Assembly: GCA_963813235.1 (NCBI GenBank)
Contig: CAWEYF010000017.1
Coordinates: 30,090-94,089, forward strand
Direction of reading: 5' to 3'
DNA: 64,000 bases
Origin: Candidatus Aminicenantes bacterium
GTDB taxonomy: Bacteria > Acidobacteriota > Aminicenantia > Aminicenantales > Saccharicenantaceae
Part shown: positions 1-8,579 of the stretch, one piece after another
Position numbering within the stretch: the first letter of the stretch is position 1
Layout: each line of letters begins with the position of its first letter
Program-made: the position numbers and the translations under genes
The notes under the pieces: generated by a model
Seen by the model: the letters and a program-made list of their open reading frames with translations, nothing else
Database searches by the model: none
What the model was told of the DNA's origin: nothing

Positions 1-136
1 ACTGCGGATTCAATCGCGGCCGGAAGCCCGCGGGGACTATCCCCGTCGCTTGGCGGCCTTGAAGATCCCGTGATCTATGAGGCCTAGACCGGAACAGGCC
101 GGGAAAGAGTCCTCGTAATTGCCGCGCACTTGCCGA

Positions 137-604
137 TCACTTATCCGGCTTCGCCTGGCCTGCCGGTTGCTCCCCCGTCTCTTCGCCTTTCCTCTTCGTT
201 GTTGCCTTGCCGGCTTGGGGGGATTCCGTCGTTTTCTCGTTTATGCCGCCTTCCGGTGCTTTCGGAGGGACGGCTTTCTTTTCCGGCTTTATCTTTTTGC
301 CCTTGCCCTCTTCGGGGCCTTTCTTAGGCTTCTCGCCTTTTCCGACTTCTAGTTCTTTCTGGGGGGCTGCGGCCCTATCCGCCTTGATCTTCGCCATTTC
401 TTCCGTTCTCTTTTCGTTGTCGGCGATCAGCCTCAGCCTACTATTCGCGGACCTGATATCGGCCTGCAATTTTCTAACGAGAGTATCTTTGTCGGCCTTG
501 GGAGATTCGATCCCCTTCCCGGACAGGAAAAGCAGCCGATCTTGCAGTTCATTTTCAAAAGACGCCTTTTGCCGCATTATCATCCGCTTCCGCTCTGATC
601 CCAT
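137..604 (-). CDS. Lys/Glu-rich hypothetical protein (low complexity, coiled-coil-like)
   Basis: ORF 137..649 trimmed to the ATG at 604, which follows AGGAGG with a 5-nt spacer. The C-terminus is K/E/P-rich and no domain was recognised. Confidence 0.5.
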   Translation of the reverse strand: MGSERKRMIMRQKASFENELQDRLLFLSGKGIESPKADKDTLVRKLQADIRSANSRLRLIADNEKRTEEMAKIKADRAAAPQKELEVGKGEKPKKGPEEGKGKKIKPEKKAVPPKAPEGGINEKTTESPQAGKATTKRKGEETGEQPAGQAKPDK

Positions 605-766
605 CTCATCCTCCTGTCCGATTTTGCTGCTTTTTCTCCAGCAGATCATAGATCATTTAGAGCTTTCTTTTGCCTGCCGATAGATAGCTGCCGAAGGTAT
701 ATATATCAGGATCTTCGCCAAAAAGCCATTGTATCTTAGGAGGTCCACCGGGGCGGCATCCCTCTC

Positions 767-795
767 TTGACGCTGCCCCGTGGGTGGAATATTCT
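767..795 (+). promoter_or_regulatory. candidate sigma70 promoter (TTGACG-N17-TATTCT)
   Basis: Hexamers at 767-772 and 790-795, about 30 nt upstream of the redoxin gene's RBS. Confidence 0.4.
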
Positions 796-825
796 CCCGG
801 TTAGGATCCCAGGAAGGAGGAAACC

Positions 826-1542
826 ATGAAGAAAGCCGCTTTTTTTGCCGTAATCGTACTGGTCTATGCTTGCGGGCTCGCGGCCGCACAGGAAGTTGAG
901 ACCAAGCCCGTGACCGTCGGTCAGCCCATGCCCGACTTCACCCTGCCCGCCTATCAGGGGGGGACCGTCACCCTTTCGGCCCTCAAGGGGAAGAACGTCA
1001 TGATCATATTCCCCCGGGGCTACGCGGCCGAGAACTATTGGTGTACGATCTGCAACTACAAGTATGCCGAGCTCGTCGAGCTCGAGAGAACGCAGCAGAT
1101 CCAAAAGAAATATAACGTCGAGATCCTCATCGTCCTCCCCTACGGTCCGGAGGTTGTCAAGGCTTGGGTCGATGTCCTGCCCGAACAACTGGACAAGGTC
1201 AAGGAGCGAAAGTACCCCGCCGACCCCGCCAAGCTCGACGAGAAGGGCAAAAAATCGATGGAGCGATATCGCCAGCTTTTCCCTCTCGACCTGAACGTCA
1301 AGAAAGGCGAGGTCCCGACTCCCTTCCCCATTCTCATCGACGCGGACAGGAAACTGTCAAAAGGCCTCGGGCTTTTCATGACGGAATGGGGCGGCGGCAA
1401 GGCCGAACAGAACATTCCGAGCGTCTATATCGTGGACGCCGGAGGGACGCTCCAGTTCAAGTACCTCGGCCAGAGCACGGTGGACCGGCCGGAATACGAT
1501 TATTTGTTCAAGGTCCTGGATGTCCTGAACGGGATGAGGTGA
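826..1542 (+). CDS. secreted thioredoxin-fold redoxin (AhpC/TSA-like, CxxC)
   Basis: AGGAGG RBS and an N-terminal signal peptide. Motifs PMPDFTLP...LKGKNVMIIFPRG and WCTIC are typical of the redoxin fold. Confidence 0.75.
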   Translation: MKKAAFFAVIVLVYACGLAAAQEVETKPVTVGQPMPDFTLPAYQGGTVTLSALKGKNVMIIFPRGYAAENYWCTICNYKYAELVELERTQQIQKKYNVEILIVLPYGPEVVKAWVDVLPEQLDKVKERKYPADPAKLDEKGKKSMERYRQLFPLDLNVKKGEVPTPFPILIDADRKLSKGLGLFMTEWGGGKAEQNIPSVYIVDAGGTLQFKYLGQSTVDRPEYDYLFKVLDVLNGMR

Positions 1543-1593
1543 TAAGCACCGCTATCTCCGTTTTCGAGGATTCTTTTCTTTCTAGATTCGCGA

Positions 1594-1643
1594 TGGCGTG
1601 CCTGAGAGGATTCGAACCTCCGACCTTTTGATCCGGAGTTCCA
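1594..1643 (-). repeat. direct repeat of the 3' half of tRNA-Arg(CCG) (att-like core, distal island border)
   Basis: tggcgtgcctgagaggattcgaacctccgaccttt is identical to 21203-21237. Similarity continues with one mismatch through gatccggagt, then the sequences diverge. Confidence 0.85.
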
Positions 1644-1742
1644 GAAGGTCCTTCTTTTTACTGAATGAAACTAATCGGGAAGCAGCTTCGATTTGCCAGA
1701 AAACTCACATTATGTCTGGACCATTTTTCAGGAATGAGGTCC
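1644..1742 (+). repeat. island arm repeat (P-arm copy 1) ending in the 45-bp element
   Basis: About 100 nt that aligns with scattered substitutions to 5876-5977. It ends in aaaactcacattatgtctggaccatttttcaggaatgaggtcc (1699-1742). Confidence 0.8.
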
Positions 1743-1887
1743 GGTTTTCGTCTGGGAATGCGTTGAATAGCTCTATGCGAGCTGGGCAGATTCCGTTGCC
1801 TGGCAGGAAGATAGACCTCTACACCGTGTCACAAATTGTGTCTAATCTTATGTATCTGGGCTAACGGCGCGTAAGTGGAAAGCCTGC

Positions 1888-3849
1888 TCAGGGCTCCAGG
1901 TTCATCTTCCTCAGTAGGGCCGGAAAGGCCGGGAGAGATCGTAGGCGATCATAGGTCGGTGCAGACTTGAGTGCTGTCACAATGAGCGGATCCCGCTCTT
2001 CGATACCCGTTGCGATCCATTCCAGGCTCTCGTCCAGTTCTCCCACGCCAATGTGGGCCCATGCAAGGGCGGACGCAGGCACATAGGCCAACAGCCGTCG
2101 CGCCGTCAACTCCTCCAAAAGTTGCCGCGCCTCGGCGGTCCGGCCGGCCCGACCGTAAAAGATGCCCAGCGCTCCCAACGTCAGCGCATTGCCCCCGGAG
2201 AGTTCGTTCGCCTTCTCTGCCGCGGGAATGGCCTCGTCGAACCGTCCATAATGTACATAGGCGACCGACAGAAACCAATGGGAGAAGAAGAAGGTCGGGT
2301 CCAGATCGACCGCGTGCTGCAGTTGCGCGACTGCCGGCTCGAATTGCCGCGTGGCCTGAAGGAGATACCCCACGAGCGTGTTGTAGAATGGATCGAGCGG
2401 ATCCAGCTCCAGCGCCCGCCGCATCTCGGTCAAGGCCTGTTCCACCCGCCCCAGTGGGTATAGGAACCACATGGCGTAACACCAGGCGTAGTCGTATCGG
2501 ACAACCGAGGAGGACGGACTCAACTCCAGGGCCCGGCGGAATTCGCGCTCGGCCCCGGGCCAATCGAACTCGCCGCTGCCCAGGACTGTTCCCAAGGCGT
2601 TGTGGGCGTCGGCGATCGTGTCATCGAGTCTGAGGGCCTCGAGCGCCGCCGACTTGGCCCTGGGGAAGGCCTCCCGCGGATTCGTGGATCCCCAATAGAG
2701 ACTCCACAAGTAGGACTCGGCCAGCACGACATACGCCAGGGCGTAGTTTGGGTCGAACGCGATGGCCTGCTCACAATACCGCCGGCCCGCCTCGCGTCCT
2801 TCCTGCGTCATTTTCAAGAGGTGATACCGAGCCTTCAGACAGAGGTCGTAGGCAGCGGGATTCTCCGTGTAGCGCTTGACGAGCGGACGGTCCCCTGTCA
2901 GCCGCACCCGCAGCTTCTCCACGATGGCCTGCGAGATCTCGTCCTGAATGGCGAAGACGTCCGTCATCTCCCGATCGAAGCGCTGGCTCCACAGGTGGTA
3001 CCCGTCGCTCGCTTTTACCAGCTGCGCCGTCACCCGGATGCGATTGCCCGCCCTGCGCACACTTCCTTCCAGGATATGCTCGACGTTGAGCCGCGTGCCG
3101 ATCTCGCGCACGTCCGCCTCCTTGCCGCGGAAAGCGAACGACGAGGTCCGCGCCATCACGCGCAGCCCAGGCACCTGCGTCAGGGCGTCGATAATATCCT
3201 CGGCCATCCCGTCGCAGAAATACTCCTGGTCCTTCTGCGGGCTGAGATCGGCGAAAGGAAGCACGACGATGGATTTTTCGGGGGGCGCTTGGGGTGAACT
3301 CGCAGATCTTGCGGCTTTTTGTTCGAGTCCCGGCGCCGGAATAGGCCCGGCGGCCGCCCATTGGAGAGACTTGAGGATGATCCAGCCGATCCCCAGGCAG
3401 ACGGCGACTGCGACGATCAGAAACGTCCTGCTAGAGACACCGATAATCCTTAGAAGAATCGTAAGGTCGATGGAAAATGTGGCCAAGATAATCAAGGGAA
3501 CGAGAAGCACTTCGATCTTGATGTTTCCCGGCCGCTTTTCCGCGCCGCCAAACCAGCGCCAGACGAGGGTCGAGAGCAGGGCTCCGATGACCGAAACAAC
3601 CGTCAGGTCGATCGATTCTTTAGGGAATCTATAATGACCGACGAGAAGCCGCTCGACGACCTCGACGAGCAGCCATCCGCCGCCGAAGAAGGCGGCCAAC
3701 GTTTCAATAATGCGCCGCTTTCGAAGCTTCTGTAGGAAAGCCCCGAGGGAAGTCTTCTCCTTATCACTGGAAGGAACTATCCCCCCGTTCGAAGGGCTCA
3801 TCGTCTCTCCAGCATTTGAATCCCCGTCTGACTGACCTAAGGTTATCAA
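1888..3849 (-). CDS. membrane-anchored TPR-repeat protein
   Basis: 653-aa ORF with an N-terminal hydrophobic segment, the module SIVVLPFADLS..DQEYFCDGMAEDIIDAL, then multiple TPR-like repeats. The start is uncertain: TTG at 3849, or ATG at 3801 preceded by GGAGA. Confidence 0.8.
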   Translation of the reverse strand: MITLGQSDGDSNAGETMSPSNGGIVPSSDKEKTSLGAFLQKLRKRRIIETLAAFFGGGWLLVEVVERLLVGHYRFPKESIDLTVVSVIGALLSTLVWRWFGGAEKRPGNIKIEVLLVPLIILATFSIDLTILLRIIGVSSRTFLIVAVAVCLGIGWIILKSLQWAAAGPIPAPGLEQKAARSASSPQAPPEKSIVVLPFADLSPQKDQEYFCDGMAEDIIDALTQVPGLRVMARTSSFAFRGKEADVREIGTRLNVEHILEGSVRRAGNRIRVTAQLVKASDGYHLWSQRFDREMTDVFAIQDEISQAIVEKLRVRLTGDRPLVKRYTENPAAYDLCLKARYHLLKMTQEGREAGRRYCEQAIAFDPNYALAYVVLAESYLWSLYWGSTNPREAFPRAKSAALEALRLDDTIADAHNALGTVLGSGEFDWPGAEREFRRALELSPSSSVVRYDYAWCYAMWFLYPLGRVEQALTEMRRALELDPLDPFYNTLVGYLLQATRQFEPAVAQLQHAVDLDPTFFFSHWFLSVAYVHYGRFDEAIPAAEKANELSGGNALTLGALGIFYGRAGRTAEARQLLEELTARRLLAYVPASALAWAHIGVGELDESLEWIATGIEERDPLIVTALKSAPTYDRLRSLPAFPALLRKMNLEP

Positions 3850-3927
3850 TAAGCAAGGGGCCAGTCAATGGGAGGCCGATATGCCTCGCCAGTTATCAGA
3901 CAATTTCGGGGACCCAATCTCACGCTA

Positions 3928-4117
3928 ATTCGCCCTCCGGCGTTCCGCAGCATCGGGCAGCTCCGGCCCAGGCGTCTCCCCCGGCCGCAACTTTGGGCCC
4001 TTTCCTTTATGTGTAGATTGGCCATATTGTTCTTTGGGCTATAAGCCGCCAGAGCCGGAGACCAGAGTGCTTGAAAAACTCACGTCATGTCTGGACCATT
4101 TTTCAGGAATGAGGTCC
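3928..4117 (+). repeat. island repeat unit (IRU) copy 1, ending in the 45-bp element
   Basis: Head cgccctccggcg...gggcag...ctcccc...ggccgca, middle agattggcc..ctttgggctataagcc, tail 4073-4117 gaaaaactcacgtcatgtctggaccatttttcaggaatgaggtcc. Aligns to the other IRU copies. Confidence 0.75.
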
Positions 4118-4145
4118 ACCGTGCCGCCCGGCCGGAGGGACGGTT

Positions 4146-4221
4146 CCGCTATGGTGAGGAGGGTGAATTCAGCGCCGAGGCCGGGAATTCGTCGCGGCGC
4201 GGAAATAGGGAACTCTTATCC
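4146..4221 (+). promoter_or_regulatory. promoter-leader (PL) module, leader-only copy
   Basis: ggtgaggagggtgaattcagcgccgaggccgggaattcgtcgcggcgcggaaatagggaactcttatcc aligns to the leaders at 7683-7757, 6733-6809(-), 9385-9429(-) and 12967-13043(-). Confidence 0.6.
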
Positions 4222-4246
4222 TTTAAAGAGCATCCTTTTGTTATTG

Positions 4247-4276
4247 TTGACACTTAGTTTCGCCGACCTTTATACT
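4247..4276 (+). promoter_or_regulatory. candidate sigma70 promoter (TTGACA-N18-TATACT)
   Basis: Hexamers at 4247-4252 and 4271-4276, upstream of the amidohydrolase gene. Confidence 0.5.
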
Positions 4277-4476
4277 CTAGAAAGGAAATCTAAAAATTAG
4301 GGACAGCCGCATCCCATTCTTTCATTCAAGCAATAAAGGAGGCTCCGCTTGGCGAAAAAACTCTTTTGGCCGGTTCTCCCGTGCTTGCCCATCGTCGGCA
4401 ATTCTTCCGCCGATGCAAGAACGCTTTGGAATTCCTCGAGAATTTCCCCAAAAATAAATAAAAAGGAGAAAAGACC

Positions 4477-5832
4477 GTGAGGAAAACCTGCCTGTTAAGG
4501 AATCTGACCGGATGTTTGGCCATCATTCTCTTGCTCTCGGGTGCGTCCGGGCAGGTGACGGCCATCAAGGCCGGCCGATTGGCTGATCCCGTCACGGGCA
4601 CGGTCCAGTCCGGGGTCATCATCCTGATCGAAGGCTCAAAAATAAAAGCCGTCGGCCAGGATCTTAAGATCCCTAAGGAAGCATCGATCATCGACCTCTC
4701 GGACAAAACTGTCTTGCCCGGTCTCATAGACAGTCATACTCATTTGTGCAACAGGTTCGACGCTAAAGGAGATGTGGGCGCCGCTTTGTTATTGTATAGC
4801 CTGTCCGTATCGACAGCCGACCGCGCCATGCATGGAGCCGCGAACGCCAAGGCCATGCTTGAATCCGGCTTTACCTGCGCGCGGGACATGGGAAACGCCG
4901 GTAATTACGCCGACGTGGCGCTTCGCCGGGCTATCAATGAAGGCGCCGTTCCCGGGCCGAAACTGTTCGTTTCAGGCAAGATCATCGCCCCTTTCGGCGG
5001 CCAGTTCTTTCTGGGTCCGGAATTCCCCGAGGTCGGCAAACAGGATTATATATATGCCGATACCCGCGATGAACTCCTGAAAGGCATCCGTCAGAACATC
5101 CATTTTGGATCGGACTGGATCAAGATCGTTGTCGATGACTACCGCTATATTTATTCGGCCGACGAAATCCGGTTCGTGGTCGAAGAGGCCGCCATGGCGG
5201 GATTGAAGGTGGCCGCCCACTGCGTCACGGAAAAAGGGGCGCGTCATGCCGCCGAAGCCGGCGTGGCCTCGATCGAACACGGGTTCGACATGAGCGATGA
5301 AGCCCTCGAGCTCGCGAAGAAAAATGGCGTCGTGCTCGTCGCCACGGAACTGACCCCGCTGATCATGGACGAATACCGTTTTTTCACCCAGACGCACGCC
5401 GGGATTATCGACCGGCTGAAGCGGGCTCACCGTATCGGTGTTCCGCTGGCCTTCGGCTCGGATATCATCGCCAATATCCCCGGACACAACTGGGGCAGCG
5501 CGTCGCTTTCCTCTCTGGAGACTTGGGCAGAGGCGGGCATTCCTGCCCTTGATATATTGCGGGCGATCACCATCAACGGCGCACGCCTGCTCGGGATCGA
5601 GAAGGAGCGGGGTCTTATCAAAGAAGGGATGGCCGCCGATATCATCGCGACGTCCGATAATCCTTTTGACAACATCCGCTCGCTTCAACACGTCCAATTC
5701 GTGATGAAAGACGGCAGCGTCTTTAGCCTGCCAAATAAAGGAGAACGATCGGTAGAAAAACGGTGTCAAGAGGGGCTCGGGGGTTCCGGGTTTTCAACGG
5801 CTAAAGCTGAGCTCGGTTGGCGAGTCAATTGA
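4477..5832 (+). CDS. secreted metal-dependent amidohydrolase family protein
   Basis: GTG start after AAAGGAGAA, followed by a signal peptide. Motifs LIDSHTHL, AAHC, IEHG and FGSD are typical of the amidohydrolase superfamily. The 3' tail runs into the island-arm repeat, so the true stop region is uncertain. Confidence 0.85.
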   Translation: MRKTCLLRNLTGCLAIILLLSGASGQVTAIKAGRLADPVTGTVQSGVIILIEGSKIKAVGQDLKIPKEASIIDLSDKTVLPGLIDSHTHLCNRFDAKGDVGAALLLYSLSVSTADRAMHGAANAKAMLESGFTCARDMGNAGNYADVALRRAINEGAVPGPKLFVSGKIIAPFGGQFFLGPEFPEVGKQDYIYADTRDELLKGIRQNIHFGSDWIKIVVDDYRYIYSADEIRFVVEEAAMAGLKVAAHCVTEKGARHAAEAGVASIEHGFDMSDEALELAKKNGVVLVATELTPLIMDEYRFFTQTHAGIIDRLKRAHRIGVPLAFGSDIIANIPGHNWGSASLSSLETWAEAGIPALDILRAITINGARLLGIEKERGLIKEGMAADIIATSDNPFDNIRSLQHVQFVMKDGSVFSLPNKGERSVEKRCQEGLGGSGFSTAKAELGWRVN

Positions 5833-5850
5833 ATGGACAGACTTATCCCG
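5772..5850 (+). repeat. island arm repeat (P'-arm copy), homologous to 21066-21146
   Basis: ggggctcgggggttccgggttttcaacggctaaagctgagctcggttggcgag... aligns to ggggtctcgggtgttccgggttttcaaaggccaaagctgaaatcagttggcgag... located next to the intact tRNA. Confidence 0.75.
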
Positions 5851-5851
5851 C

Positions 5852-5977
5852 CCTCCGGCCTTTTGATCCGAAGTTCCAGAATGTCCTTCTTTTTATTGGA
5901 TGAGACTAATCGGGAAGCCGCTTCGATTCGCCAGAAAACTCACATGATGTCCGGACCATTTTTAAGGGATGAGGTCC
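5852..5977 (+). repeat. degenerate tRNA-Arg core fragment plus P-arm copy 2 (internal island junction)
   Basis: cctccggccttttgatccgaagt resembles tRNA 3'-half positions. It is followed by about 100 nt homologous to 1644-1742, including the 45-bp element at 5934-5977. Confidence 0.75.
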
Positions 5978-6083
5978 GCCAAATCTTTGCTTCCCCGCTG
6001 TACCCCTTAGGGCGAATACTATCCTGCCCTTAGCTGGACGAGCCATTCGATTGTCTTGGCCGAGGCCTGGACGCAGGCGCAGG

Positions 6084-6719
6084 CTACTTAAGCTCTGGGA
6101 TCCGACGGGTCAGTTCCGCCCAGTCGTTTCCAATAGCCGCCTGGATAAGCTTGATTGCTCCCGCGAAGGCAGGCTCGGGCAAAGCCTGCCGCCAAATCCT
6201 AGTCATGTTCTCCCGATCGTTATGCCCTATGAGCGGATAAAGCCAGTTGACGACGTCGGGGAAGCGATTCTGGGGAATTTTCTGGGCCATCTTCCCCATG
6301 ATAGCCCCCTGGTTCGGAAGCGACACCCTTTCATTAAATATTCGATAAAGATGTGCTTCTTCCTTATTCAGGTGAATGCCCAAGTGGAAGTTAAAGGCCG
6401 CCGTCGATCGCGTTGTTGCTATGGGATCAGACTCCGCGACGGCCTTGTGGAGCGACTCGAACAATGAATCGAGACCACGATGGTCCCGCTCATACGCTTC
6501 GGCCATGAGCGGGGCAACGCTTTCAAGTGTCGGGAATACAAACTCCTCCTCTCCATTTGCGTGCCAGACAAGGATCTCGTTAAAGAAGAAATGACGATCC
6601 AAGACCAAGCCTAAGCCGGCGCGTCCGCGAGCCGCTTCATAGGCGGACGCATCCATCGCGGCCATGTCTTTGCGGAACGCGTTATGAATCGCCCGAATGG
6701 CATCAAGCGGAACGGTCAT
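6084..6719 (-). CDS. hemerythrin-like (HHE cation-binding) domain protein
   Basis: GAGGAG RBS. His/Glu spacing (IHNAFRKD, WHANGEEEF, HLNKEEAHLY) is characteristic of hemerythrin-like domains. Confidence 0.7.
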   Translation of the reverse strand: MTVPLDAIRAIHNAFRKDMAAMDASAYEAARGRAGLGLVLDRHFFFNEILVWHANGEEEFVFPTLESVAPLMAEAYERDHRGLDSLFESLHKAVAESDPIATTRSTAAFNFHLGIHLNKEEAHLYRIFNERVSLPNQGAIMGKMAQKIPQNRFPDVVNWLYPLIGHNDRENMTRIWRQALPEPAFAGAIKLIQAAIGNDWAELTRRIPELK

Positions 6720-6732
6720 GTTTTTCTCCTCA

Positions 6733-6841
6733 AAGATAAGAATCTACTTTCCCGCGGGATGGCGAATGCCCGCTCCTGCCGATGAATCTCCCCTCCTAAC
6801 CACGCCGGGACTATATCGCCGGCGGAGCGACGATGTCAATT
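6733..6841 (-). promoter_or_regulatory. PL module: sigma70 promoter (TTGACA-N18-TATAGT) plus conserved leader
   Basis: On the minus strand, -35 lies at 6834-6839 and -10 at 6810-6815. The leader gtggttaggaggggagattcatcggcaggagcgggcattcgccatcccgcgggaaagtagattcttatc runs into the RBS of the hemerythrin-like gene. Confidence 0.65.
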
Positions 6842-6947
6842 GCCGCGAAGAACGACTAAGCCTCCGTCCCCCAGAGACAGCACCATCTAGGACTGGAAAT
6901 TGCCCTATAAGCAAGGCGTTAGCGCTGAGATTAGCCCCTCCGCCTCG

Positions 6948-7439
6948 TTACTGTGCCCCATGCTGCTTGAGAAGCTCGACTACGTCCTTCTTGCCCTTCT
7001 CAACGGCCAAGTCCAACGGTGTCTTTCCTGTAGAGTTCCGGGCATTCACATCTGCACCTTTGACAATCAACAGCTCGGTCACGTCCTTATGGCCCAAAAT
7101 AGCGGCAACGTGCAGTGGCGTCGTCGTTCCGAGCTTGGCGTTCACATCCGCTCCTTTGACGATCAGGAGTTCGGCCATAACCTTGTTACCAGTAACGGCG
7201 GCATTGAATAGTGGCGTCGCACCCTTGCCAGTCTTGCCGTTCACGTCCGCTCCTTTGGCGATCAGCAGCTCGGCCACGTCCTGTGGCCCCAAAGGGCGGC
7301 CGAACTCAGCGGCGTCAAGCCTTCTTTATCCTTAGTGTTCACGTTCGCGCCTTTCTGTAAGTACCTAATCACGTCGGCAAGCTTGCCCGCTCTTACTGCC
7401 TCGAATAGATTGCCTTCCTTGCTCATAAATATTCCCATT
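6948..7439 (-). pseudogene. ankyrin-repeat protein, one frameshift (about 7290-7296)
   Basis: ORFs 7262..7465 and 6948..7292 both encode ANK repeats (GADVN.., TPLH.AA..GH). Reading ...LTPLSSAALWGH then QDVAELLIAKGADVN requires a 1-nt correction at cacag. The start ATG at 7439 follows GGAG. Confidence 0.75.
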
Positions 7440-7491
7440 CCTGCTCCTCTCAACATATATGCCAAAGATATTTATTGGAGTCAAATGAGAA

Positions 7492-7649
7492 TTTCCCCGC
7501 CCCACCTCTGTCCCCATAACTGAGGCCTGCTTCGCCCTCGGGCGTCCCGCAGCATCGGGGAGCTCCGGCCCAGGCCATTTCCCCTTGCCTCAACTCTCGG
7601 CCCTAGGAAGTGCGATCTTAGAGGAGCTGAGACCAAGCTGCTTATAGCG
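7492..7649 (+). repeat. IRU copy 2
   Basis: Contains the outer helix TGAGGC (7521-7526) / GCCTCA (7587-7592), the hairpin cgcc-ctcg-ggcg (7533-7544) and GGGGAG (7557-7562) / TTCCCC (7579-7584). Confidence 0.75.
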
Positions 7650-7757
7650 CCGATTGACATGGCCGCGTATCGGCCATATACTTCCAGCGGAGTTAGAGGA
7701 GGGAATTATTGTCCGGAGCGGGAATTCGTATTGTCGCCGAAAAGGAAACTCTTATCC
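7650..7757 (+). promoter_or_regulatory. PL module: sigma70 promoter (TTGACA-N17-TATACT) plus conserved leader
   Basis: -35 at 7654-7659 and -10 at 7677-7682, followed by the leader ggagttagaggagggaattattgtccggagcgggaattcgtattgtcgccgaaaaggaaactcttatcc. Lies upstream of the 7890 lipoprotein gene. Confidence 0.65.
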
Positions 7758-7889
7758 ATTAGAAGTATGGGATAGCATAATCTAAGGAACTGAAAGCGAA
7801 ACAACGAGAAGAAAGCTATCAAAATGTAGAGGCCTTCAAGAAAAGGGCGAGCCAATAACAAGTATTAGTCAATGATAAGAGGCAGATAA

Positions 7890-8387
7890 ATGAAAAAGCT
7901 AATTTATCTATTCGTTATAGCAATATTAATAAGCGGGTGTGCGACAATACGAAATTATAATAAGTTAGAACAACCCGAAGGTAGAATTTTGACAGCAAGT
8001 ATTGGAAGCACACTTTTTAGGATGAATAAATCAAGCAACCTGCCAAATGCCTTTGGTAAAGCTGACCTTTTTGGCGGAAAGGTTGACAAAGGTTATACAG
8101 AGCTAAAATTCAAAAGAATTAACGAGAATGGAAACTTAATCTTACAGATTACCGATATTAATAAATCGTCAACGGAAAGTACTATGACTAGATATAAGGC
8201 AAATAAAGTAGATGTTTCATCTAGTAGCACAATAAATATAGGAGAAAATTCAGCCCCCGATCAAACCGATTTTGAATTTGACCCCAAAAAAGAGAAATCT
8301 CTCACTATTGGTGGGGTAGAGATTACTTTTATTGAAGTGACTACTTACAGCGTTAGATATAGGCTGGCTTTTCGTGCAAGCGAGTAG
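7890..8387 (+). CDS. lipoprotein, function unknown (AT-rich cassette)
   Basis: Signal peptide with lipobox LISGC. Composition is markedly AT-richer than the flanks and no domain was recognised. Confidence 0.7.
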   Translation: MKKLIYLFVIAILISGCATIRNYNKLEQPEGRILTASIGSTLFRMNKSSNLPNAFGKADLFGGKVDKGYTELKFKRINENGNLILQITDINKSSTESTMTRYKANKVDVSSSSTINIGENSAPDQTDFEFDPKKEKSLTIGGVEITFIEVTTYSVRYRLAFRASE

Positions 8388-8579
8388 GTAGAACCGGAGT
8401 AAAAAAGTGATCGCGATCGCGCGGGATAACCTTAGCTAGTCCCCAAGAACTGGACAGGGCGATAAGTAGATATTGCACGTGCTATATCTCAAAAGGAGTA
8501 TGGTTTGTCGGAGGTCGAACGAGGAGGGAAGTACATGAACTGGCGCTCCTAGCCCTAGAGGGGCTGTCATTCTTTTGCC

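Noticed and set aside
1699-1742. Tn3-family terminal inverted repeat, suggested by GAAAACTCAC, which also occurs in the Tn3 IR
   Set aside because: Only a 10-nt coincidence, in the wrong orientation relative to the element end. There is no GGGG terminus, no transposase or resolvase, and no inverted partner.
4090-4110. Sigma-54 promoter within the 45-bp element (TGGACC-N5-TTTCA)
   Set aside because: The -12 GC dinucleotide is absent in all copies and the -24 box is TGGACC rather than TGGCAC.
4206-4221. SAM-I (S-box) riboswitch, suggested by the CTCTTATCC string in the leader
   Set aside because: In S-boxes CTTATC opens the P1 helix at the 5' end and is followed by AGAGNGGNGGAGGGA...GCCC. Here the string is at the 3' end of the conserved block, and no matching GATAAG closing strand or four-way junction is present.
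1644-5977. Diversity-generating retroelement TR/VR pair (two ~100-bp near-identical repeats)
   Set aside because: No reverse transcriptase is present. The mismatches between copies involve all four bases rather than adenine-specific changes, and neither copy lies in the 3' end of a target gene in a convincing way.
1598-6033. ORFs 1598..1864 and 5833..6033, which share the peptide similarity ...LLIRSSR.SFFLL.ETNREAASI.QKTH.MSGPF...
   Set aside because: The similarity comes from the repeated non-coding island arm (tRNA fragment plus P arm). There is no RBS, substitutions are not biased toward synonymous changes, and the ORFs start inside the tRNA-derived core.
7521-7592. tRNA or tRNA-derived SINE-like origin of the ~75-nt module (7-bp outer helix and tRNA-like size)
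   Set aside because: No T-loop (TTCRA) or D-loop consensus, the arm lengths do not fit a cloverleaf, and there is no similarity to the adjacent tRNA-Arg in either orientation.
7700-7760. Leader peptide encoded in the PL leader (for example TTG-SGAGIRIVAEKETLIH*)
   Set aside because: Indels between copies destroy any common reading frame. The conservation is at nucleotide and structure level, not codon level.
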